From: Ophelia neglecta
Lineage: Eukaryota
DNA length: 64,000 bases
Assembly: GCA_965285935.1 (NCBI GenBank)
Contig: OZ260662.1
Span: 78,616,001 to 78,680,000 of the forward strand
Direction of reading: 5' to 3'
The position numbers were made by a program, and so were the translations under genes. The notes under the pieces were generated by a model, which did not search any database, had not been told where the DNA came from, and saw nothing but the letters and a program-made list of their open reading frames with translations. Within the stretch, counting starts at the first letter, position 1; every line of letters starts with the position of its first letter. Of this stretch, positions 14,927-27,100 are shown piece by piece.

Positions 14927-15244
14927 CAATAACCAATCATTCTGTCTATTGTCCAAATTATTTTATTAAATACCAAAGCAGTGTGCCAGTATTTGAGCAG
15001 TCCATTGGGGGATTGGGGGCATGTAGCAAATATCCTGGAAGACCTTTTCACCTTTGCAATTTTGGTGCATAGGCCTATAATAATCTTTCTTGCCCATTAT
15101 TTTTTGGTGATTTCATTGAATCTATAGTAATCCAACATAGTGCCTGTAATGTTAGCAAGCTTATTGATTTAGTATTTTTTGGCCTAACCCTGTACATATT
15201 TTAGGACTAGTATAACCCTTTCAACTCTGAACTTCTGTAACTAA

Positions 15245-15365
15245 GGTTGGTTGGTTGGTTGTTTGAAGTTTTATGTGGCTTCTAACACTTATCGGTCATA
15301 TCACCACAGTGACTACTTGTGACAGTGGGCCCAATGACCTCTTTATAGTACTGCCTCACTGGAGT
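15245..15365 (-). mobile_element. SINE fragment (MetaSINE/RUDI-like central domain and 3' tail)
   Basis: Reverse strand reads CCAGTGAGGCAGTACTATAAAGAGGTCATTGGGCCCACT...GATATGACC...GCCACATAAAAC followed by an (AACC)n tail; clearly homologous to 31221-31320. The family name is from memory of mollusc SINE consensus. Confidence 0.6.
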
Positions 15366-16555
15366 ACCTGCTGTAGACTAAGGGGTTAGCTGCCCTCTGG
15401 TGAGGACTGTAGTGTTGAAAGAGAAAAAGAGTTTTCTGCAAAATAAATTGGTTAAGAAGTATAATTATGGTTCCTACTGCCCTGATTCTATAGAATGCAG
15501 GCCATGGAACCCTAGCCGATCCAGGGGATCCTGGCTGCATCTGTGGGATTCTGGCAGAGGAGGGCATGGCACACATGTAGGTCTCTTACATGGTGTCCTG
15601 GTATGTTGGGCATACATTATAAAGCAAATTTGGCATATAAAAACTATATGTTTGTCTATAGAGTTGGTTTTAGCCAAGCTCAACTCCTGTCTATTTTGTT
15701 ATCAATAGAGGGCTTCCCCACCTAAATCCCCAGAATAACCATGCCATTATGGTCCTGTTCCATATACAACTCTAGTCAATGCGAGTAGAGTTCACAGGGG
15801 GTCATAGCGCATACCCTGTAGTTTGTTGAAAGAAATGTGAAGAGAAATGACACGTGTAACGGAAATTGTTCTACTTTGTTGATTGATTTAGTGTGTTCAG
15901 CAGATTTGAAAATCCTGAATTTTGATAGGTTTAGACTTGCCACTCTCCTACGCTCCCTGAAATATGGGGAGCGCGCTCTTGATCTTAATGCAACAACACA
16001 GGTCGCAACTCTTGTTGTTTTATTTGTGTTGAGTCAGAACTCTAGACAAAAAGAGTTGTTAATCGAATGCGACCTATGATATCAGCATGAGCTGTGACCA
16101 AGCATTCAGGTCATGTCCTGGTCAAAGTGTAATGGATCAATGAGGTAAAAGATAGCCACATTGCAGTGCATGTCCTGTAAATCACCACATTCAATTTTAA
16201 ATATGAGAGATCAAAATATGAAAGGTTTATTTTCACTTAAAGCACAGTACCGGTACATATTGAGCGAGCTGCAGTTTTAACTTCCAATGAAAGCCAGTCA
16301 CACCCTGGCTATATTCCAGCAGACAGGCAGGGACTTCTTTCCTTGAACACTTGCTAAATTTGAACACCTGGATAATTAATACAATAATTCATGGAAGTAT
16401 TGTTTACATGAAATTTTGATATAATAAATCATAAATTTTGCATGATGATCTCTTGCAAAACTTTAATTCTTTATGCCATGTTTTATTTGCGATAACTGAA
16501 TAGATCTAACTGTAATGAAACCTGCCCAAATAGGAAGTTGTCTTGTGAGGGGCAA

Positions 16556-16645
16556 CACTGAGGCAGCTTGTACTATGCTCTCAAGACAACATAACTGCCA
16601 TTCTAGGTGTGCTGTCTTGTGAGCATGGTACAAGCTGTTTCAGTG
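16556..16645. repeat. Imperfect inverted repeat (MITE remnant) between the NUP214 and CRAT 3' ends
   Basis: CACTGAGGCAGCTTGTACTATGCTCTCAAGACA pairs with TGTCTTGTGAGCATGGTACAAGCTGTTTCAGTG. Confidence 0.6.
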
Positions 16646-18121
16646 CTATTGTTCACTATACAAAGCAGGCAGGTATTCAAAAAGTGCCTTACATGGTGGG
16701 CACGATTGAACATGAAATGTTTGCCCTCTATTTTTTAGGAATCCACTTCATTTAATCTTGTGTTAATTAAATGAGCCAAAGGTTCTCAAGTTTCACAGTA
16801 TACTTACATATCACAAAATGCTAATCAAAATGGACCTGGTTAGTGGTTTACTGCACTATTCAATGCCTCCTTAACCCATTTGGGAATTTTCGTTAAGACT
16901 TCCCCATCATCAATATTCATAAATAAATAAAATTTTGCTTTGAAAGTCATAGTGTTTGCATGTGATAAGTACATTGTCTGGATAAGATCAACTCGTACTC
17001 CACTTGTGTTCTAGGAGAACAGTTTACGCGCATCTTGCCAGACACGAACAGTTTTGAAAAGTTGACTTGTTGCTTTATTAACTGGTCAAGACAAAGTTTG
17101 TCAATGAGTTGATCCCTTCATTTATTCACTTGTCAACTCATACAGTTCACTCAGTTTGTCTACCAGGCACACCAGACAACTTATTCCCAGATAACCAATC
17201 ACAGATATGGTCTATTTTGTCTAATATGTATTTTTTTTTTCATTTATTAACATTTTTTATTTTGAACCAGTGCTATAAAAGAGAAATGCAGCAGTGATCT
17301 TTTTCCTAATAATCAATTCCAAATTGATCGCAGGGAATTTATTTCATGATTCTTATAAACATCACGAAATAAATTCCTGGGAAAATTTTGGACTTAACAT
17401 TAGACTAGTCTCTACAGAGATAGACCTACTGGTGGACTGCCTAAGTGAATTCCTGAAAAAGTGTTTATCATAGATTCCCAAAATATTTATTCCCGCCAAC
17501 ATTTCCAACTTTACAAAGTAGTGAAATAACGACACCTAGCTATGAGTTATATTACAATTTGTTTTATTAGACTTGATAATTACAAAAAATAAATTACTGG
17601 AAGTTGTCATATGTACATTGCTGTATCTCTTAGGTTATTAAATTGTTTATAATAATCACATATTACAAAACGAGCTGACAGCTTGATAGAATGTGTCAAA
17701 AGCTCACATACATTGCATTGAATCACAGTTAAGGTCTAGTACTCTGGCTGGATCTTGAATTATAGCTTACCCCATAATCTATTTGTTTGGAATCTTACAG
17801 TCAACAACATGGTAGAGCACCATGGGATACTGCAGTTGACATTTTTTTCACAAGTATGTTACCCTTAATGTTTCTACCCACTGATACTTGGTGCCAAAAG
17901 AGTTACAAACATTGTGAACTATCTCCGTTCTTATTAAAAACCCAAAACAACATCAACAAAATTTAATTTAAGAACCAAGCAGAGCACAGTCACCCCTGAT
18001 ATATCCGTAGTTTGGTACATATCAGATTTGGCATTATAATAAAGTAATTTTTCACAATTCATGATTCTCAACTCTTCATGATCCCTGGATCACCTCTTCG
18101 ATCATCCATCAAGACATTAGT

Positions 18122-21100
18122 TTACAGTTTTGATCCTGATGTTTGTAGTAGCATCTCCTGAGCTTGGAGCAGAGCCTCTTGTAGACTCTCCTTAAACCAT
18201 TCACTGTCTGTCTCCGGACAACTCCTCCATGCTGATATTCCAAACAGGAGCTTATCCTCTGTAGGGTTATAACACACTCCGTAGCCATCTGGTACAACAG
18301 GTGCAAATGCTAACAAACCCCCGGTCTTAGAGGCCACCTGTAAATTCAATATGATAATTACAAGTTATGATTTATATAGTACATAAATGTAATAGACAAA
18401 ACAATGGCTTATCTAGGTTATTATTTAGATTATCATAAAATATCCTACTGCCAAGATAAGCTGGAGTAGAGACCTAAGAGGTGTTGATCTGCTTGTACAT
18501 GCATGGTCAATACAGATTACAGAGTGTTAATGGTATATGTAAATATTTGACCAGACTTTTATAATCATTCAGTGTAGACAAATATAACCTGGACCAGTGA
18601 AACATAATTAAGGCATGATAAAACTTTTAAAAGCGGACACTTTTAGTAAAATTATGTTCCACTATTTGCCAGATCTGCCATTAGAATGGCAGTGGCTTAG
18701 TAGTGTTAAACATACAGTATCAATTTGATTTGTACTGATTGAAAATAAAATCTGACCATGAAAAATTATTCATGTTTTATTGCATGCCCAGACATTTACT
18801 TGTCAAACGCAACTAAACAATTGTATAGCCAAATACTATTTGCCAAATTGGCACCATGAACCACCATGAACAGAGGTGTATGGGGAATAAATCCCCTAAT
18901 ACTAGAATAGCTCTTTGAATGATGCCAGATCTGGTAATTAATGCCAAAATTTGTCTCAATGTAAAATCAAGTCTGACATAGTCCATTTGGCCATTCCAGC
19001 TTTTTTGCCTTTAAATGCTGGATTCCAACTTATTGTTAAACCCCCAAAAAATTGGGATCCCAAATTTGGAATCTTTCCCACCTGTCCATGTAACACAATC
19101 ACTTTATACAATGGAATCACCCTTAGAAGGTATATACATGTAAATCTAATGTATCACTTCCTTTTAATGATTGTTGTTTTGTTGATTGCCTTTTGACAGA
19201 ATTTACTTAGGTAGCAGCACAACTCGACAATCTTACCTGGCTTGTTGATAGCTTCCAGTACTCTGCTTCATTATAAATTGGGTCCATGAGGAATTCTGGA
19301 ATGTCCATTTTATGCTCCAGAGCTATAAGCTTGAGCCCGGTCAAATGTCTGTCAATACCTTGACCATTGATAACCTGAAAATACAGACAAGATATGGACT
19401 TGATCCTACCACCTATATACTGATATGTGCTATTCATGCTATTCAGCTGACATCATTAACCAGCAATATTTAAATGAGTATAGTACCCATTAGTAACTGT
19501 CGTACATTGTGAATATAGGACAAAATTCAATACATGTATACAATGTATAGACTATCTGATACAGTGTAAAATGCACTGCTGAACTCAATTAGTACTACTC
19601 AAATAGATATTTTCATCCTAAACAGAGGAATATGATGGCTAAATCAACATTGTTGTTAGGACTTACATCATCTGTGTATTGCCTGTGAGACTGGATGGCT
19701 TCCCTGAAACGCTTAGCTCTCTCCGTCTGAGACATCTGGGGATCACACATCGCCTGACAGTAGGCATGGCTGGCGATAGACGCTGAGCGTATCGTATCTG
19801 TCCTGCCATACTTGAACTTCCGCAATGAACCACTCTCATACGTAGGTACACTATGCTTGTACAGCCTGAAGAAAACAGCAAGTATAAAAACATACGATAA
19901 CTAAGTTTCACTTAGTCTCTGTTATATGGCTTTAGAAGAAGCCATAATTTAACACTTTTATATCAACCCTAAATGTTTAACATCTAGACATGGCTCCAAA
20001 ATAATACTTACTTATAAATTGCTAGCTGGAATGCAATTTGAATAAAAGCATCTGGGCTGCACTTCTGCTGCTTCATAAAGCCTTTTCCGAATTTGTCAAA
20101 TACATATCCTATCAACTGTAAGTCCGATATTGTTCTAGAAAGAAAAAGAAGGCTTAGAACAATTGAAAAGTTTAAATGTCTCTCTCATTAGAATCCAATA
20201 GACATGATTCCTTAGTTAAACAAAAAAATGCCTTAGTTATCCCTTAATTTGATAAAAGAACGCCATTGTGTTTGTTTCTGGAAGACTGCATTTTTGTCCA
20301 CTACAAACTTAAAATTCCTTTACAATATATCATAATGCAACTATACTACTTACACATCTATTCCCTTAGATGCAACTTGGATAGCATCATCTACTTCATT
20401 AGTGATATTAAAATCTAATCTCTTTGGTTCTGGGAGCTCAGCAGCTGGTTCACCATCAGGCATTTCTTTTTCTCTGGTTAAAAGATACAAGCGGAATAAT
20501 ACTTTGTTGAGAAATATTTTCATGAAATATCACTCGTATCAATTAAGCAGTATCCTAGATATTTGATGTTTTGATATCATTGTTGAAAATGGTGAATTGC
20601 ACATTTTTATCAGTTTAGAATAACCCCTATTACAAGTAAATACAAGAACACTCACGCATCAGCGATGATTTTGTCCATGATGAATAAGATAGGCGGGCCT
20701 TCTGCAGTAGAATGTTCATAAGTGCAGCCAACAGCACCATCAGAACCAACCACCAACTGGAGGAGGCAAAGAACAAGTCATAAGTCATACGAACAAAAAA
20801 CTTCATAAAACAACAAGCTGTCAAGCCTGCAATATCGTAAGATCTTTTAATTTGAATGATATATATCATTTTGCAAATCGAATCCCTATGGCTTATACCA
20901 TACACACATGAGTGGGCCCTTGTGGAGACCAGTGAGCCTGGCCAAGGTGACTTAGTTAAAAGACAGTACATCATTGTCATCTATCACACAGCCATCATCA
21001 AATACTATGTAGAATTTTAATACAAATGTCAGGAAACCAGAAAATGAATAAATTAGACAAACCTGGAGTATTTTGTCAGCCCACCGGTTGCCACTGTTGA

Positions 21101-24100
21101 GAGTGCTGTTGCCACCATGGTCAAACTGGTTAAGGAGGACGGTGTTACGTTCCTCCGGAGTACAATGTGGCATGGGCTGATCCAGGCTGAGTGTCACTAT
21201 ACTGGAGTGTATGTCTTCTAAATACTGCTTATTCTTTGGATCTGCAAAGTTAATAAAAAATCATCATAAAATATGTACATGTACTGTAATAGTACCAAAC
21301 TGGAAACTCGTTGTCAAATGAACAGTTTCTTCATTATAATAAGAACTGCAACTGATAAATTAGTCTTGCGAGATGGTACTTTAATTGTTACCTTTACATA
21401 GTGCCATATATGCTTTGGCCCAGTTGTCCCTATGGTCAGTGGTGAGAATGCCAACTGGCTTGGTGGGGGACATGGAATTGTTCACCACTCGTCTCAGCTG
21501 CTCTTGGACCTGCTCAATGTTTAACGCCTTCCCCTTGGAGTCATAAACAGGTACAGAGAATATCTGGAAGACAAAATGATGAACTTCATTAATCACTGAT
21601 GGCAGTGTAATATGAATGAATGCATTTTGAGCAAAACAGATCTGACAAAATCTGTATCATTTCAAGGCCATATAGGTATTTTACATTCTTCCGGTCAAAT
21701 ATTTGAAATTTTAGAAAGTCTTATGCATGCCAGATTTTCACTCTGGCTGACACAACAAGCTTGTATTATGATGTCACGGAACTGCTCAAACACTAAGAAT
21801 TTTAAGTTGCATGTGCAAAGGTCAAAATCAGTATTTCCGTCTTCTACACATCAGTGTATAGTGTTGTTTTTGAGTTAAATGCTCACAGTTCCACTTTCTT
21901 TTATTCTTAGCCATATAGGTCTTATGGTGTTACTCATAGTCTAGATAGGTAAGATTTTTCTACAACATCAAACAGTACTTACATGGTTGTTATGCAGGAC
22001 ACACACATGTTTGGTTTTTAAGTGGGAGTAATTCAGGGTTTCATCCCGGCCCATTCGAGGAATTCTACAGCATGACACAATGTTGTAGAACTGGGACATA
22101 CACAATTCTGAGTTGCCTAGCTTGTCAAATGGCAGAGTTCCACTATAAAAAATAAAGTATTTGTGTCTTGGTTAGAAATCAATCATCATGTAAGTCATAT
22201 TCATTAATGTTCAGTACTAAGCAGAATAAGATGCATTATGCTAATTTAATATAAAAATATATATATATTTGAATTGATTCAGAATTTATAAAACCACAGG
22301 CTAAAAAGGACAGATATACTCACTCCTCAATCATTTTCTTGTAATGGAGAATACCTGTCAACATTTTAGAGGCATATCTGGAAAGATAAAAGAAAACTGA
22401 CGAATAACAGAATGAAAAGTATATTCAGAAGAAAACAGCAAACATGTAAACTAACTATATAATTTTAAAATAAACATATAATGTTAATACTGAGGTACAG
22501 GAGGGGGGCTAAATCAAGGATTACATACTGTTTATCGGGGTCTCTATAATACTAAGAGGAATTAAAACAAGTCTTATATTAGTTTCTTGTACAAAACTAA
22601 GTATTTTTAATGTCTCACTTAAGTTGATCATCCTGGCCTCTGAAATCTTTGGGGAAGGATGTAATACCCGGGCTCACATGGATTGTGACTGGGGAGCGAA
22701 ACTCTAAATATGCTATATTCTGCCACCACTCGGACAACTGCATGTATAATAAAATAAAATAAGATCACATCAATATTTATATATTCAATAAAAAACATGA
22801 TTTGAAAAGGACTATGGTGCACAAAACATCTGGCCATGACTAAGAAATGAGGCGACCTATATCACTTATTATGGCCAGATGCATGGATTATGTGCGTCCT
22901 AATCCTGGGGTTTTTACATCTAATTTTTTGTCAGAAAATTCATCTTTGTACATATTGAGGCTTTCACTCACCCAGTTGTCAGTGTTGGCTGCCTTTTGTT
23001 GTAACAGTGTCTGTAGCTTTGGTCCAACACCATCATTCTTACCAAAGTCATTGACCAGCTTAAAATACAAATTTTAGAACATTTATGTTAAGTAATAGAT
23101 GTAGAAATTGGCATGACATAACAGGGGAAGAGGCGGTCTCACTGAACACTGGAAACCAACTGACCGACACAATTATGATGACAAATGTGCAGTATAAATT
23201 AGGCCCTATTGTCTATGAATTCATAGAGGAGTAATCTTGTATTAATGCCTTTGGACAGATTTTTTTAATGGATTATGGGCACCCTGTATGATGAATGACT
23301 ATATACAAATTATAGTACACAAGAGACAGGTAATTTGTGGTTTAGGTTGACAGTTTTTATCGATTCATTGTTCATCAGTAGAAGAAAGAAGGAAAACTTC
23401 TACAAAATATTTCTACCAAAAAGTCACTGTGAAAAAACTGAAATGTAGGACTCCTTTTATCTTTTGCAGATTTTTCATAGGTTTAATACTGCTGTACAGA
23501 TTTTATATTGTGTCACAGGTATCCAATAAAGAAAGAAAAAAATCCCTAGCCCCAAATCCAACCTTCAAGAAAATCAAGACAATCTTTTTTTTATAGCTGT
23601 GAAAATCTCCTTGGTGCACCTCTGAAATGAGGACAAAACAACTGTCAGCTTAAAGAAAGTTCAGAGTCTTAGACTATACCTGTTCTGCTCGTTTATAATC
23701 GTCATCTTTTAGTAGTGGTCTGACAGAGAGGAGAAACTTATTGAGGGTTTGATGGAGGGCAGGTACTGGCAGTTTGGGCAGCTTCTGTTGATGATGTACG
23801 AGTCTCTTAGGCAGTAAGGCTGAGGTGTCTTTGGTAACCACACGGCTGGCTGACTTCAGAGGATGAAGCTGAAAGGAAATCAAGCATATTTGTAATGAAT
23901 ACATAATGGAGAAATGACTTCGAAGGCTAGGCAAAGAGAATGTTTGGAAACAGAGGAGACATACTTAGGCTAACCCTTTGGTACGTTAGACCTGTACCAT
24001 GTCTCTTAATGATCTCATAATTATTCATAACCTGCAGCTTAATGCACTTTGTATTTCTTTGCTTCATTTTGGCAAACTATCAAGAATTTGTGAACCACAT

Positions 24101-27100
24101 TCCATCACATATCCTAGATTATTTCAGTACTCAAAAGATGAGAAAAATGTGCAAGTGTGGGTGGATTTGTGGTTTGAAATTGGTGATTCCCCTATCTGCA
24201 GCACTATCAGGCTGTTAACCCCAGCTGAGGGCAATCAGGAACTTTAGGCATCTGACCAAGTTGATAGTAATGAAAAAAAAAACCTAATTACACTTCTTGG
24301 TCCAAGAGCAAATTTTTGCATCAATTTTAATGTTGGTTTGACAGTGATTTGATAATAGAATTGATTGAATAATAGCTTTTCCAGCAAATATATTTAGGAT
24401 AACTTTTAATGTAATTAAATGTTATGAGGCCTTGGGGAGCAGTTATTGTCCTAATTATCGTTACTCTTGCTTTTTTTATTTCATATCAGTTTCACACAAA
24501 AAATGAGCCTCTTGAAAGTTATCATCAAACAACAATGATTTGTGAATACATACCCCAAACAGAAGCAGGCCACTGTTTATCAACACTCTCAAATGATCCA
24601 ATGCTAATTTGGTATCAATGAAAAAATAATCAAAATCCAAGCCATTGAGTTTCCTTAACCAGAGTGGCCCTGACCTATACTGCTGTTCAGAACTTCCCGT
24701 AATAGTCTTACCCATGCCACACACTGGCCACAACCACTGACTGATCACCTTGATGATGAGCAGGACTCCAAGAAGGTATTGTCAATACGAAAATCTACCA
24801 AATGTCTCAATGAATGAAAATATACAACACAGTGTCCAGCACAGTGACAGCACTTCAGATTATACCTTTACTTCTTTTCCAGCTATTATTCAGTTTTACC
24901 TGTAAAATCCCTTTCAGATTTATGTTCACAATCCTTGAGAAGATCTTTCAATAGTTTTATTATAACTACAGAAAGCAGCAATTTGTTTTCCTGATAAACA
25001 ACACTATTTCTCTGATGCTAAACCTTGAACTAGTGGGAGCAGTGCTCACATTCTTTAATCCTATCAGGGTATTGGGTTCTCCCTCAGTGACCCCTATTTC
25101 ACTTCAGTCTGACGCACATTGCCTCTTCCTCAAAGCACATGGTTCTCTGTTTACAAACAACAGTTGGCATGAAGCCAAGAGCTGGTCAAACTGCTGCACT
25201 TAACACAGTAGAATGGGTTTTAAAGGTGAAATAGGGGACACCATCATTACTGGAACTCACATGATATGATTTAGAATATCATACTAAAAATAGTCCATAT
25301 ATATGGTGTATAATGGTGTACACACCTGCATGTAAATGTATGTCATAATATTATGTGTGTGTATCCTTTAATCAATTGGAAAGTGTTCATTATAATGCTT
25401 TTTCATGTGAAACGGCCCCATACTAATTGGTCAATTAATGTAAACATAATATGTTTTCCCTTGTTTATGTAAGCATGTTATTACGTTATAAGTATACAAG
25501 AAAGCATGATTAATACATTAACAATAGGTTGAGTGGCTGAATGCTTTCAATTACTACCAAAAAATAGTCAATATACAGTAGATAAAACATGCATGTACAA
25601 CACTAGTGTAAAAAAACCTGTGCTATCTGGTTATATATTGCTGTACACATGATTGTGAGAACTGTGCAGTCAAAGCTCCATAGGCTCCATAACCACTGAA
25701 TCAGATATTATATAAAGCTCACTCCTGTTTGTTTGTTTGCTTGTAAACTATAATGCCTCTTATATAGAGATCACAAACATGATAAAGATACAGATAATCA
25801 CAAAGAACATAAGAGAAACCACACATATCAATACACAAGGTAGAGCAGTTTATATACACATAACCGTGGTCATTATCCTTTGGTTTTATGCATTTTGCAT
25901 TACCTTGTACATGTATTGATACAGATCATCGTTATAATAATACATACATGTACACGGTACCTACAGTAAATTTTAAGCCATATAATATATGTATACATGT
26001 AGCTCTGTTCTTACCAGCCATCTCCGCTGTGCCAAAGAATTAACAAAGAGTTGAAGTGCAATGCCTGAATCCATCTGATGAACTATTGTCCCTTTATTTG
26101 GCAATCTTCAACAAGGTACATGTACAGTAAGTGCCAACCAAAGTCTGTTTTTAATGATGTGTGCTGGCTCTGATCCTAGTCCTGTGCACAGTGGATCCCT
26201 CGGGTACACAGTTCAAATGACAGTCATTTACTACCAGATTATGATATACGGAAACAGTTATTGTCTAGTAAATTAGCAGCTAGGTCAGTTGAAGGCTCAT
26301 GATAGAGGTTAAAAAAAGCTGTCTTATATCACAAAATAGTATTGACTGAGATATATGATTAGATGCACATACAGCTCTGTGATTTGAAGTCAGAATCAAT
26401 CTGAAGACTGGTCAAGTTAATGCTAGATTGCAGATGAGATTGAGTGATCAGCTTCGATACTGTATAATCCTTTTGCACTTTAATCCATGGACCCAGCAGT
26501 ACAAGGTTCTCCTATGCATGAAGTTAGCATGAACAGCATGATATCATATGGAACCAGTATGCCTGGCATCAGATGAATAAATATGATTGCTGAATATTTA
26601 TATATACCTGTATTATAGGAATGATAGGTAACCAAGGACTAATTTAATTTATAGCATCCCTTACAAAATTATGTTTTGCCGAACTTACATTTGCACTAAT
26701 TTGCACAGCTGATATTATAATTTAACCATCAATAAATAATGTGTATCATTCAAATAAATATTCTCAACACATTCTGTAATACTGGCAAGCAGAGTAATGA
26801 ACATTTTTGCTAAAAATGGCTGCACAAATTCAAAAGAAATAATTTGAAGGATGGACATCAAAATCTGGATATTGGAAATACCCCAAAAATGAAGCCTTTG
26901 GAGCCTTGTTGTCTGAGGTATAAGATGAAGAATAAGAAGCACATATTCAAGACAATATATCATGAAAGACTTCAGTTGCAACTATTCTGACATACCAGTA
27001 ATTAAGTTATACAGTGGTTCCTGCGATGCAGGGCCTCTGATGTAGGGCAGCCTGTGAAGGCAGGACAGATTTTGTATTTCCATGTCCTATCTTTTCCATG

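Noticed and set aside
24712-24899. Minus-strand exon-like segment in the CRAT intron ending ATGG|GTAAG
   Set aside because: It contains stops and its terminal ATG is out of frame with the next CRAT exon; at most a non-coding exon, unsupported without reads.
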